A stretch of DNA of 64,000 nucleotides from Clostridia bacterium. Lineage in GTDB: Bacteria > Bacillota > Clostridia > Christensenellales > CAG-138. Positions 49,299-58,915 of the stretch are shown in pieces. A program made the translations under genes and the position numbers. The notes under the pieces were generated by a model, which was not told the origin of the DNA, did not search any database, and saw only the letters and a list, made by a program, of their open reading frames with translations. How positions within the stretch are numbered: position 1 is the first letter of the stretch; every line of letters begins with the position of its first letter. The stretch spans positions 25,306-89,305 of the forward strand of contig JAFYJD010000025.1 of the NCBI GenBank assembly GCA_017538255.1. The letters run 5' to 3'.

Positions 49299-50366
49299 AT
49301 GAAACATAGATGCGAAAAACTTCTTAAAATACTCGCAGAAAACAATATCGACGCCGCAATCATTACCTCCGGCGTCAACCGCAGGTATTTTTCCGGCTTC
49401 ACAGGAAGCAACGGCGTTGTTGTGGTATCCGCGACAGGCCGTGTGCTTTTGACCGATTTTCGATACACGATCCAAGCTAACCAGCAATGCGCAGGCATCT
49501 GCGAGGTACGCCAGGTCGACCGAGGCATAACCCCAGCCGATGTTGAAGCCGTACTCAATGAGTTCGGCGCAAAGCGAGTCGCGTTTGAGGACAGGCTGAT
49601 GACCGTTGTTGAGTTCAACGGCTACAGCGCTCTGCCGTTTGAGTTTGTTCCCGCTTCCGATAAGATTACCGGCTGCAGACTCGTTAAGGACGAGCATGAG
49701 ATCGCGCTTATGCAAAAGGCCCAGAACTACGCAGACGCCGCTTTTGAAGAACTGCTCAAGCGCGCAAAGGTCGGTATGAGCGAAATCGAACTCCGCAACG
49801 AACTCGACTATCTGCTCCGTAAATGCGGCGCGGACGAAAACTCGTTCGATACGATCGTCGGATCCGGCCCGAACGGTGCGCTCTGCCACGCATATCCCGG
49901 TCCGCGCAAGATCGAAAACGGCGATATGGTCGTCATCGATTTCGGTGCTCGCGTCGGCGGCTACTGCTCCGATATGACAAGAACCGTTGCTTTCGGCAAA
50001 CCCGCTGACGAAATGCTGAAGATTTACAAGATCGTGCTTGAGGCGCAGCTCAAATGCCTCAACATCCTACGCCCGAATATGACCGGCTCCGAACTCGACC
50101 TCTGTGCCCGCGATCATATCGCGTCATACGGCTACGGCGAGAACTTCGGCCACAGCCTCGGCCACGGTTTCGGTCTTGAGGTGCATGAGAGCCCCTCGGC
50201 GAACTCCCGTTCTATGGATCTTCTCGTTCCCGGATCCACTATCACCGTCGAGCCCGGCATCTATATCGAAGGACTTGGCGGCGTACGCATCGAGGATTGC
50301 TGTGTGCTCACCGAAACAGGATTCATAAATCTTTGTTCAACCACAAAGGAACTGATAATTCTTTAA
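49299..50366 (+). CDS. pepQ: Xaa-Pro aminopeptidase (M24)
   Basis: YFSGFTGS, TDFRY, DFG..GYCSDMTRT, HSLGHG.GLEVHE, TVEPGIY, GVRIED. Confidence 0.92.
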   Translation: MKHRCEKLLKILAENNIDAAIITSGVNRRYFSGFTGSNGVVVVSATGRVLLTDFRYTIQANQQCAGICEVRQVDRGITPADVEAVLNEFGAKRVAFEDRLMTVVEFNGYSALPFEFVPASDKITGCRLVKDEHEIALMQKAQNYADAAFEELLKRAKVGMSEIELRNELDYLLRKCGADENSFDTIVGSGPNGALCHAYPGPRKIENGDMVVIDFGARVGGYCSDMTRTVAFGKPADEMLKIYKIVLEAQLKCLNILRPNMTGSELDLCARDHIASYGYGENFGHSLGHGFGLEVHESPSANSRSMDLLVPGSTITVEPGIYIEGLGGVRIEDCCVLTETGFINLCSTTKELIIL

Positions 50367-50412
50367 TATCGGTACCGTTGTAAAATAAATAATCACGCCA
50401 GGAGGTTTTATT

Positions 50413-50970
50413 ATGATTTTAGCAGGTGATTTCAGAAAAGGCATTACCGTCGAGATCGACGGGCAGGTATGGAGCATTGCGGATTTCCAGCACGTTAAGC
50501 CCGGCAAGGGCGCGGCTTTTGTTCGCACCAGGCTCAAAAACGTTATGACCGGCGCCGTTCTTGAAAAAACTTTCTCCCCCACCGACAAGTATCCCACCGC
50601 GCATATCGAGACCCGTGAGATGCAGTATCTGTACAACGACGGCGATCTCTACTACTTTATGGATAACGAATCCTATGAGCAGCTTGCGCTCAATCACGAC
50701 CAGGTCGAAGACGCCATCGATTTCATCGTTGAGAACTCCAACGTTACCATTCGTTTTTTCAAAGGCAATGCGTTCTCCGTTGCGGCTCCCAACTTTGTTG
50801 AACTCACTGTTACGGAGACCGAGCCCGGCTTCGCCGGCGACACCGCAACCGGCGCGACCAAGCCCGCAACGGTCGAAACAGGCTACCAGATCAACGTTCC
50901 TTTGTTTGTAAACGAGGGCGACCGCGTCCGTATCGACACCCGTACCGGCGAGTATATGTCCCGCTGCTGA
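50413..50970 (+). CDS. efp: Elongation factor P
   Basis: [28 protein letters not shown]. Confidence 0.98.
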   Translation: MILAGDFRKGITVEIDGQVWSIADFQHVKPGKGAAFVRTRLKNVMTGAVLEKTFSPTDKYPTAHIETREMQYLYNDGDLYYFMDNESYEQLALNHDQVEDAIDFIVENSNVTIRFFKGNAFSVAAPNFVELTVTETEPGFAGDTATGATKPATVETGYQINVPLFVNEGDRVRIDTRTGEYMSRC

Positions 50971-50983
50971 TCGAGGTACCGCT

Positions 50984-51391
50984 ATGATCAAGGAAAAGGT
51001 TGAATATTTGCGCGGTCTTGCGGACGGTTTGAACATCTCCGCAAACGATGACAGCACTTCCAAACTGCTTCGCGCGATCATCGACTGTCTCTCCGATATC
51101 GCGGATTCCGTCGACGAGAATACCGATATGATCGACTCGATCAACGATGATCTTGACGAGGTTTACGAAACGCTCGATGTGTACGACGAACTCATCTTCG
51201 ATGACGAAGAAGACTGTGATTACGATGACTGCGACGATTGCTGCTGTGAGGATTGTGAAGAAGAGGATTGCGAGCATTGCGATTGCGAAAAGCCGAACGT
51301 GATCTGTGCAAGCTGCGGCGAGGAGATCGATCTTGACGAACTCCTGAACTGCCCCGTTTGCCATAAGCCCGTATTCGGTGATAAGGAATAA
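50984..51391 (+). CDS. CD1247-like acidic protein with a Cys-rich C-terminus
   Basis: KEKVEYLRGLADGL N-terminus, as seen after efp in clostridia; CxxC pairs. Confidence 0.8.
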   Translation: MIKEKVEYLRGLADGLNISANDDSTSKLLRAIIDCLSDIADSVDENTDMIDSINDDLDEVYETLDVYDELIFDDEEDCDYDDCDDCCCEDCEEEDCEHCDCEKPNVICASCGEEIDLDELLNCPVCHKPVFGDKE

Positions 51392-51485
51392 GCCTTATAC
51401 AGTTTTCGTTTGATCCTTTTCGGCAGGGCCTCATATCGCGAGGTCCTGCTGTTTTAGGAAAATAATTATTATCGGGGGCTTGTTG

Positions 51486-52229
51486 ATGTCCGCAATCGAA
51501 ACTACAGCGCATACAAAATTGACGCCCCGCCTTGCCGCAGCGCTTGAGATGCTCGGAAACGGCGAAGGCAAAACGCTTGCGGATATCGGCTGCGATCACG
51601 GCAAGTTCGCCTTGGCCGCGATCAAAAGTTTCGGCTATGACGGCGTTATTATGAGCGATATAAGCGCGCCTTCGCTCGACAAGGCACGCGCGCTGTTTGA
51701 ATCGTTCGATCTGAACGATAAATGCTCGTTCAAATGCTGTTCGGGGCTCGATGACTATTCCGAGGGCGAAGCGGATAAGGCCGCGCTTCTCGGTATGGGC
51801 GGTGAACTCATCGCGGCTATACTTGAGAACGGAAAGTCTGTTGCCGAACGATTTGAACTGATCGTTATGCAGCCTATGCGCGGCGAAGCGGAACTGAGGC
51901 GTTATCTTTATAAAAACGGCTATTCCGTCATTGATGAGCGTATCGTGCTTGACGCGGGAAGATATTATCAGCTGATCTGCGCGAAGCATAGTTCAAGCGA
52001 AAACATTGCATTGCCCGAATGGTTTCCCAAGGACTGTTATCAGTTCGGTGCTGTCGCGCTCCAAAAGCGCGAAAAGGAGTTGCTTCCGATGATGCAAAGG
52101 TATCTTGGCATCATCGAGAATAAACTTGCCGATTCAAAACGTGTCGGCCGTTCCCCCGCTTTTTTGCTCCGCGAAATCAATAACACCAAAGCATTGATCT
52201 CACTCTATTTGGGTGAGCGTGCCGAATAG
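51486..52229 (+). CDS. trmK: tRNA (adenine-22-N1)-methyltransferase
   Basis: LTPRL, ADIGCDHG, GMGGELI, VMQPM. Confidence 0.9.
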   Translation: MSAIETTAHTKLTPRLAAALEMLGNGEGKTLADIGCDHGKFALAAIKSFGYDGVIMSDISAPSLDKARALFESFDLNDKCSFKCCSGLDDYSEGEADKAALLGMGGELIAAILENGKSVAERFELIVMQPMRGEAELRRYLYKNGYSVIDERIVLDAGRYYQLICAKHSSSENIALPEWFPKDCYQFGAVALQKREKELLPMMQRYLGIIENKLADSKRVGRSPAFLLREINNTKALISLYLGERAE

Positions 52230-52236
52230 AGGTCTT

Positions 52237-53001
52237 ATGCATATTGACGATTTTATCAAAACTATGGAATCGCTTGCCCCCGCCGAAACGGCGATGGCAT
52301 ACGATAACTGCGGACTTTTGATCGGCACCGAAAAGAGCGAGATAAGGCGCGTTCTTGTTGCGCTTGACTGCACGCTTGCCGCCGTCGATGAAGCGATTGA
52401 AAAGGATTGCGATATCGTTTTAACGCACCATCCCCTGCTTTTCAAAGCCGTGAATCGGATACTCCCCGATTCGCCCGATACCGCCGCCGTGTATAAACTC
52501 ATCCGTTCCGGAATAGGTCTGTTTGCGGCGCACACGAACCTTGACGCGGCTGAAGGCGGCGTGAACACAGTGCTTTGCACGCTTCTCGGCATCAAGAACG
52601 CATCGGCTGTTCCGCCCGATAACATTATGCGTGTCGGAGAACTTGACGGAATGCTCCCCATCGATGACTTTTCACAACTCGTCTGCAAAAGGCTTGGCGC
52701 ATCCGTGCTTGTCAGTGGGCCGCGCAAGTCCGTCAAGCGCATCGCGGTCGTCGGAGGCTCAGGTGGCGGCGAGTACCGCTCTGCCTATGAATACGGCGCT
52801 GACTGCCTTGTTACAGGCGAATGCAAGCATTCTGATGCGATCGCCGCTTCATCACTCGGTATAAGCATTATAGTTGCGGGGCATTATGAGACCGAGAATC
52901 CGGTGCTCGTGCCGCTTATTGAATATTTAAGAAAAAACACGACCGGAGTTGAATACTTCTTCTCCGAAAAGAATCTGCCTGTTTTCAGGCATATTCGCTG
53001 A
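52237..53001 (+). CDS. Nif3-like dinuclear metal protein
   Basis: DNCGLLIG, THHPLLF, HTNLD, GGSG, VTGE, AGHYETE. Confidence 0.93.
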   Translation: MHIDDFIKTMESLAPAETAMAYDNCGLLIGTEKSEIRRVLVALDCTLAAVDEAIEKDCDIVLTHHPLLFKAVNRILPDSPDTAAVYKLIRSGIGLFAAHTNLDAAEGGVNTVLCTLLGIKNASAVPPDNIMRVGELDGMLPIDDFSQLVCKRLGASVLVSGPRKSVKRIAVVGGSGGGEYRSAYEYGADCLVTGECKHSDAIAASSLGISIIVAGHYETENPVLVPLIEYLRKNTTGVEYFFSEKNLPVFRHIR

Positions 53002-53022
53002 ATACAAATACTATTTGGAGGT

Positions 53023-53751
53023 ATGAATATGAGTCAGTTGAGTCTTCTTTGGAAATACCAGCAGTCCGAACTCGAACTTGCAAAACTCAACAAAGAGATG
53101 AAATCCTCGCAGGCTTACAAAAAAAGGAGCCAGCTGCAGAAGATAATGCGCGAACAGCAGGATATCATCAAAGGTTACGAAACAAAGCTCGAGGAACAAT
53201 CATCGCAGATAGTTTCGCTCAATTCTCAACTTGAAGCGCTTCTGCACGACTATGATCTTGAACACTCCGAACTCGAATCGATGGAATCTGATGACGAAGT
53301 AACCGTTGAAGAACTCACCGAGTCGAGAAAGTCCATCGAAAAACTCGTTGCAAGGATCAACTCTCTTAACAAGGATCTCGGCGCGCTCATAGAATGGTGC
53401 GATAAGATCCAGGCCTCGATCACCGACGCATATGCAAAGGGCGTCCGCGCGAAGAAGGATTACGATACGATCCGCACCGTTTGCGACGCTGAAAAGGAGA
53501 GTTTTGCGCCCAAGATCGAAACGCTTGAAAAGCAACTCGAAGAGATCAAGTCGGATATCCCCGATGAACTCATGAATAAGTATCAAACGCTTAAGATGAA
53601 TCATCCAGCGCCTATATCCATACTTCGCAACGGACAATGCGGCGGATGCTTCGTGTCGCTGCCCTCTGTCGTCCAAAGAAATGTTGCGGATGAGACTAAG
53701 ATAGTCCGATGTGAGAATTGCGGAAGGATACTTTATATTCCAAAAGAATAA
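53023..53751 (+). CDS. Coiled-coil protein with a C4 zinc ribbon
   Basis: Heptad-rich body, CGGCFV..CENCGRILY; typical nif3 neighbour. Confidence 0.9.
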   Translation: MNMSQLSLLWKYQQSELELAKLNKEMKSSQAYKKRSQLQKIMREQQDIIKGYETKLEEQSSQIVSLNSQLEALLHDYDLEHSELESMESDDEVTVEELTESRKSIEKLVARINSLNKDLGALIEWCDKIQASITDAYAKGVRAKKDYDTIRTVCDAEKESFAPKIETLEKQLEEIKSDIPDELMNKYQTLKMNHPAPISILRNGQCGGCFVSLPSVVQRNVADETKIVRCENCGRILYIPKE

Positions 53752-53762
53752 TACGCAAAAAC

Positions 53763-54086
53763 CCGAGTAAGACAAGTGACCGCGCTTCGTGCGAGGAAAG
53801 TCCGAGCTCCACAGGACAGGGTGCCGGGTAACGCCCGGTGAAGGCGACTTCAAGGAAAGTGCAACAGAAATAAACCGCCGCTTTGCGGTAAGGATGGAAA
53901 GGCGAGGTAAGAGCTCACCGACGCTTCGGCGACGAAGCGTGCCCTGTAAACCCCACCCGGAGCAAGATTGATATGAGAGCATTCAATGGTCGTCCGCCAC
54001 GCTCCCCGTAATCGCTGGAATATGCAGGCAACTGCATATCAAGATAGATGGTCACATAAACAGAACTCGGCTTACGGCTTACTCGG
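53763..54086 (+). ncRNA. rnpB: RNase P RNA
   Basis: GAGGAAAGTCCGAGCTC, GGAAAGTGCAACAGAAA, GGTAAGAG, AACAGAACTCGGCTTA; closing helix ccgagtaag/cttactcgg. Confidence 0.97.
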
Positions 54087-54090
54087 TTTT

Positions 54091-54122
54091 ACGGCTGCGA
54101 ATATCGCAGCCGTTATTTTTTT
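54091..54122 (+). terminator. Terminator after rnpB
   Basis: acggctgcga-ata-tcgcagccgt followed by T tract. Confidence 0.8.
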
Positions 54123-54189
54123 GCGGCATACGAAGCGCGACTTATGCATATAAACAATTGAGGCAAAAAGATATTCTACGGAGGTCCTT

Positions 54190-55134
54190 ATGGAATTAAG
54201 ACGCAGAAGAGGCGGCGCAAGACACGCGCGAAACTACTATACTTCAAGAACATATTCTCGCAGAAAACAGGATGGCGAAGGAGGCCTTTTCGGCACCCTG
54301 CTTTTACTTATACTGACGGCCGCGCTCGTGTACATACTTGTTGCAACGCCCGTCGGCAGTTGGCTTGCCGGAAGTGTATTAGGCATCGGCAAGAATGGAA
54401 AGCCGGAAAGCGGCATAACTTCGCCCCTCCCAAGCCTGAGTCCGACAGGCCCTACAACTGATACCAACTCCCCTCAAAGCGTCGATACCGACACGAAGCA
54501 GTTTGAATTGAAGGCGCTCGAAACTTACGCGCTTCAAATCGGGGTCTTCGATACCGCCGACAGTGCGCGTTCGCTCATATCGACGCTGAAATCGCTCGGC
54601 GCTGCTGGCTACGCACTTTCAACGGACGAAGGCATACGCGTCATCGCTTCCAGTTATCCCACGGAAGCCGCGGCGTCAAGCGTCAGCAAAAGGCTCAACG
54701 AACAGGGTTATCAGTCCGTCGTCTACCCCATCGCCTTAGAAAGCGCTGTTTTGACCTGCACCTCTGATGCGGAAAAACTGAAAGCGGTTGAAACAGCCTG
54801 CTCAACGGCAGGCGAAATGATCGACCTTGTATATGAGGAAACTATCCGATTTGACGGCGAAGAACGCGGCGTGGATTACGGCAACGCCGTTGTTCGTGAA
54901 CTGCTTGAAAAGGTTCGCGCGATCCGCACGTCGCTTGACGGCATAAATGATGATGGCGGCGTCATAGCATGCCTTGATGAATACTATCTGCAGTTGACCG
55001 GCGCCCTGATGCGGTTTTTATCATCGGAGACCGATAACCGAGTTGAATTGAGCGGCAGACTGAAGTATCTTGAGATCGAGATAATCGATCATTACAAGAC
55101 TTTGCTCTCTGATGTGCTTGCTCACAAAACATAA
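54190..55134 (+). CDS. Membrane-anchored SPOR-like domain protein
   Basis: Basic N-terminus, TM segment, Pro/Thr linker, YALQIGVF..A SPOR motif. Confidence 0.7.
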   Translation: MELRRRRGGARHARNYYTSRTYSRRKQDGEGGLFGTLLLLILTAALVYILVATPVGSWLAGSVLGIGKNGKPESGITSPLPSLSPTGPTTDTNSPQSVDTDTKQFELKALETYALQIGVFDTADSARSLISTLKSLGAAGYALSTDEGIRVIASSYPTEAAASSVSKRLNEQGYQSVVYPIALESAVLTCTSDAEKLKAVETACSTAGEMIDLVYEETIRFDGEERGVDYGNAVVRELLEKVRAIRTSLDGINDDGGVIACLDEYYLQLTGALMRFLSSETDNRVELSGRLKYLEIEIIDHYKTLLSDVLAHKT

Positions 55135-55135
55135 C

Positions 55136-55495
55136 CTAAGCAGATCTGTCGCTTCCGACGTCCGTTTCGCCGCTTATCTCTATCGCGGCGCGGCAGATGA
55201 ACTCGCTCAGCGACGGCGGATAGTTCTTTGAATAGGACGGAAAGATGCTGTGCAGGCGCGAATTGTACGATGTTTGCCAAGCCGTTTGCAGCGAATAATA
55301 CATACAACGCTTTGCGCAGCTTTCTGACACACCGTACTCGCTTTTAAGCGCCGCGTATACGTCGATCTTACCACTGTAGTATCCAAGCGGATCGGCTGAT
55401 ATCATCCTGATCGCATACACAAGATACCCAAATCCGCTGTGTTGCGGAAAGAACCCGAGTTCAAGCAAATACTTTGCGGGGACATTTGAAAACAT
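55136..55495 (-). CDS. Stand-alone Spo0A C-terminal domain protein
   Basis: LLELG.FP..SGFGYL..AI, Y....EYGVS...KR....TAW, PSLSEFI. Confidence 0.8.
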   Translation of the reverse strand: MFSNVPAKYLLELGFFPQHSGFGYLVYAIRMISADPLGYYSGKIDVYAALKSEYGVSESCAKRCMYYSLQTAWQTSYNSRLHSIFPSYSKNYPPSLSEFICRAAIEISGETDVGSDRSA

Positions 55496-55654
55496 ATCAC
55501 TCACTCCTTTGTCGAAAACTGATGTTTTCTGTGGAAACGATTATAGTGCTGTTTGTTTCAAAAATCCTAAAATCGCGCATAATATATTTTGCCCGTTTGC
55601 TTGACAAATGAAACGGGCAGTAATTAGTGCTTTTGAAATATGGATAGCGTATTT

Positions 55655-56233
55655 TCAGTTTTCGAGTTGTTTGCCGATAAATATCGCCGCTGTCTCCGCG
55701 ACCTTGATATCCGCCGGATCGAAAACAGCGTTTTTATCCTTCGAAATGAGCATAACAGCCCCTATCGCGTCGCCCGCCGAGATTATCGGATGGATGAACT
55801 GAAGCGTATACGCGCCGATGCTTTCATCGCCCCTTGTTATCTCGGTCATCCTGTCGCCATGTGAACCGTTATTGAGTACGTTCCTTCTTGCATCGATAAG
55901 TCCCAGCATCTCCTCGCTGATCTGCCTTCCCGCGGCAAGCGACGATCCCTGCGCGTAATCGCGCCTTGACGAGCCGCTTGAAGCAACTATCGCGTCCTTA
56001 TCGCAGATCGCCACGATATGCCCCACGGATTGGTGGATCGTTTCGGCGTATTCCTTGACAAAACCGCCGAGTTCGCCAACAAGAGAGTATTTTTTGAGTA
56101 TGACTCCCCCGTCCCTGTCAGTATATATCTCAAGAGCGTCGCCTTCACGTATCTTCAGCGTTCTTCTTATCTCTTTTGGTATAACTACTCTTCCGAGTTC
56201 ATCTATCCTTCTGACAATTCCGGTTGCTTTCAT
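55655..56233 (-). CDS. spoVT: Stage V sporulation protein T
   Basis: MKATGIVRRIDELGRVVIPKEIRRTLKIREGD AbrB domain plus GAF-like C-terminus (PIISAGDAIGAV). Confidence 0.95.
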   Translation of the reverse strand: MKATGIVRRIDELGRVVIPKEIRRTLKIREGDALEIYTDRDGGVILKKYSLVGELGGFVKEYAETIHQSVGHIVAICDKDAIVASSGSSRRDYAQGSSLAAGRQISEEMLGLIDARRNVLNNGSHGDRMTEITRGDESIGAYTLQFIHPIISAGDAIGAVMLISKDKNAVFDPADIKVAETAAIFIGKQLEN

Positions 56234-56262
56234 TTCTGTCTCCTTCCGGTTGTTTTAATCAG

Positions 56263-56291
56263 TATTATTGACAACTTGGCTCTGTTTATGC
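56263..56291 (-). promoter_or_regulatory. Sigma-G-like forespore promoter of spoVT
   Basis: GCATA-17 nt-AATAATA on the minus strand. Confidence 0.55.
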
Positions 56292-56525
56292 AAAAGTTTT
56301 CATTTCGGCGTATCCTCATCACTTTGCGATGATGCGCTATTTTGTTCTTTTGCACGGTATTTAAATGAAAAGTTGTAAACGGTACTTGATTGAAGCTCGG
56401 TATTGGTGTATAATAGAGTATAGGTTTATGTGCCCGAACGTATGCTTCCGGCGCTCTTCCGAAAAAGATCACTATCTCTCAACGCCCGCGTTTTGCGGCG
56501 GCGTACAAAGGAGTTTACATTGAAT

Positions 56526-58370
56526 ATGAAGAAGTTATTTGCTTTTGTTCTTATATCTATATTTGCTCTTATGCAGGCAATCACCGTGTTTGCGGTCGGA
56601 AGCGACGAAGGTGAATCATCGCCCGTTATGCTTAACGATGATATGTATTACGTTGATGCGTACACCGTCGCTCCTCAGAGCGGCAGTTCAACCGGGATCG
56701 CAACGATCGAGGCGAATCCTTCGAGGCTTGCTTCACCCGGTACGGTTGAAGTAACGATCAAACTTCGCAATACCGGCAATCAATACGGCGGCAATTCTTC
56801 CGATGTCAAGGATGACGCCTTTGGCGGATCTTCTCTTAACGATCAATCGGCGCTCGATCCCTCTATCACCATCAATCCATCGACCGAACCGGTCAAACCC
56901 AGTCCCAGTCCCACTCCCACAACAACTCCCCCGTCTGAACCTACCCCAACGCCTGACATCACAATAACGCCCACTTCCGGGCCGGATCCCACGCCCGTGC
57001 CTACGCCCGGACTTTTTACCAACGTCAACATCACAAACGCATATAACGCTGTTTTTACAACAAGCGACGTCAGCCCCGGGCAGGTCGGCGTATACCGCAC
57101 CTCGATGATGGTTACCGAAGCGATGATTGGTCAAACGCTCTCATTTACCATCTCCTGGTTCGACACTTCGGTCAACCGCACCTATTATCAGCAGCTCGCG
57201 CTTGTTATCCAACGTTCTGATACCGCATATCTGCGCCTTACACGAACGTCAAGCACCGCCAACGCCGCAATCGGTGATGAGGTAAAGTTTGTTTACACCG
57301 TTGTCAACACTGGAACACGGCGCCTCAATACGATCAAGATCGTTGATGACAAGATCGGCGGCTCCTCTCCCATCGCCGCGCCTTTTTCGCTCGCGTCCGG
57401 TGAGAAGCGCGAGATCGTTTATACCTACAAGATGAAAAGTGCAAGCGTTGTGTCCAAGCCAACGGCGACATTCGTACCCGACGGCAGCAGTACGGTGCTC
57501 TCCGTTACTGTATCCAAATTAACCATTGGACTTGTAACGGCGCAGCTCACAAAGAGCGCCACCATCGGCACCCCCACTCCCGAGGGTGTTCCATTCACGC
57601 TGTTTTTGACCAATAACGGCAGCCAGAATCTTACAAACCTTACCGTAAAGGATGATCTCGGCACCGTGCTTGCTTCGTCATTCACGCTTGCGATCGGCGA
57701 AAGCAAGATAATTGAGCATTTTGTTCCGAACCCCTCAACCGTTCGCAACGTGGTATTCTATATAACGGGCAAATACGATGCGGACAAGGAGTTTAGCGAC
57801 AATACTGCAAGTTATACCGTGCGCCCATATATCAACCCCGATCTGCTGGGCATCAGATTCAGCGGCGAAGTCAGGCGGACGCTCGACGGCGATAACAGTA
57901 TAGGGCTTACCTTTACCGTTAAAAACACCGGCCAAGTTACATATACAAATGTTATCCTGACTGAGAAGGAACTCGGATACAACATCCACGAAATACCTAC
58001 GCTTGCGCCCAACTCCGGTGATATATCGTTCAATGTGGATCTCAAGATCGATGAGCCTCGCGAACTTGTGTTCTATCTCACCGCGCTTGATTCATCCGGC
58101 AATACGCATTTATTTGAAGCGTACATCAACGCGAGTTCGATCGACATCGATTCTTCCGTGCCCAATGCTACGCCCGTGCCGGGAGACGACAGCGGTGCAT
58201 CGATCGTGGATATCGATGTTGACAGGCAGATCAGCGACAAAGGTCAGAAATTGCTGAAACTTTGGAACACGCTTAAGATAATCTTCATCTTTGCGCTTGT
58301 GGTCGTGCTTCTGCTCGGCGCTTTCGAAATATATCTGTTCATCCGCAGCAGGCGCGCCGCAAAACGCTGA
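56526..58370 (+). CDS. Secreted, C-terminally anchored protein with a Pro/Thr linker and DUF11-like Ig repeats
   Basis: Signal peptide; repeated YTVVNTG/LTNNG/FTVKNTG motifs; C-terminal TM segment and basic tail. Confidence 0.75.
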   Translation: MKKLFAFVLISIFALMQAITVFAVGSDEGESSPVMLNDDMYYVDAYTVAPQSGSSTGIATIEANPSRLASPGTVEVTIKLRNTGNQYGGNSSDVKDDAFGGSSLNDQSALDPSITINPSTEPVKPSPSPTPTTTPPSEPTPTPDITITPTSGPDPTPVPTPGLFTNVNITNAYNAVFTTSDVSPGQVGVYRTSMMVTEAMIGQTLSFTISWFDTSVNRTYYQQLALVIQRSDTAYLRLTRTSSTANAAIGDEVKFVYTVVNTGTRRLNTIKIVDDKIGGSSPIAAPFSLASGEKREIVYTYKMKSASVVSKPTATFVPDGSSTVLSVTVSKLTIGLVTAQLTKSATIGTPTPEGVPFTLFLTNNGSQNLTNLTVKDDLGTVLASSFTLAIGESKIIEHFVPNPSTVRNVVFYITGKYDADKEFSDNTASYTVRPYINPDLLGIRFSGEVRRTLDGDNSIGLTFTVKNTGQVTYTNVILTEKELGYNIHEIPTLAPNSGDISFNVDLKIDEPRELVFYLTALDSSGNTHLFEAYINASSIDIDSSVPNATPVPGDDSGASIVDIDVDRQISDKGQKLLKLWNTLKIIFIFALVVVLLLGAFEIYLFIRSRRAAKR

Positions 58371-58386
58371 GTTTCAAATAAAGATA

Positions 58387-58890
58387 ATGCTTAATTCGTC
58401 TTCCGATCAAAAACTGCTCCGCCTTGTGACTGCGGGCGTGTTTATTGCGCTTGTCGCCGTTGTAACGATGCTCGCCATCCCCCTTCCCGGCGGACACGGC
58501 TATATCAACCTCGGCGACACGCTTATACACATAGTCGTTTTTGCGTTTGGCGATATCTATGCCGTCGCTATAGCGGCGCTCGGCAGTGCGATAGCCGATC
58601 TCATACTTGGCTATACCGTGTACGCACCCTGTACGCTAATAGTCAAGGGGCTGATGGTCCTTATTGGCATAATTCTGATAAAACGCTTTAAGCATAGACC
58701 CATCGCGTTCTTTATCAGCGGACTCATTGTTCCGTTTGGCTATTTTATCTTTGAGATACTGCTTTATTCCGCTGAAGTCGCTGCGCTGAATCTAATTTGG
58801 AACACGCTTCAATACGCCGTCAGCGCTATCCTCGCTTCCGTTATCCTCAAACTGCTTGAAAAGCCGATAGAGCGGTTTCGCGGCAGATAA
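58387..58890 (+). CDS. ECF transporter S component
   Basis: GYINLGD, GSAIADL..GY..YAP.TLIVKG. Confidence 0.9.
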   Translation: MLNSSSDQKLLRLVTAGVFIALVAVVTMLAIPLPGGHGYINLGDTLIHIVVFAFGDIYAVAIAALGSAIADLILGYTVYAPCTLIVKGLMVLIGIILIKRFKHRPIAFFISGLIVPFGYFIFEILLYSAEVAALNLIWNTLQYAVSAILASVILKLLEKPIERFRGR

Positions 58891-58915
58891 ACCATCCTCA
58901 AACACAAAGAAAACT

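Noticed and set aside
53200-53982. ORFs overlapping 53760-54090
   Set aside because: The region is RNase P RNA and the antisense of the Zn-ribbon gene.
56870-57010. Repeat-like C-rich tract
   Set aside because: It encodes an ordinary Pro/Thr linker.
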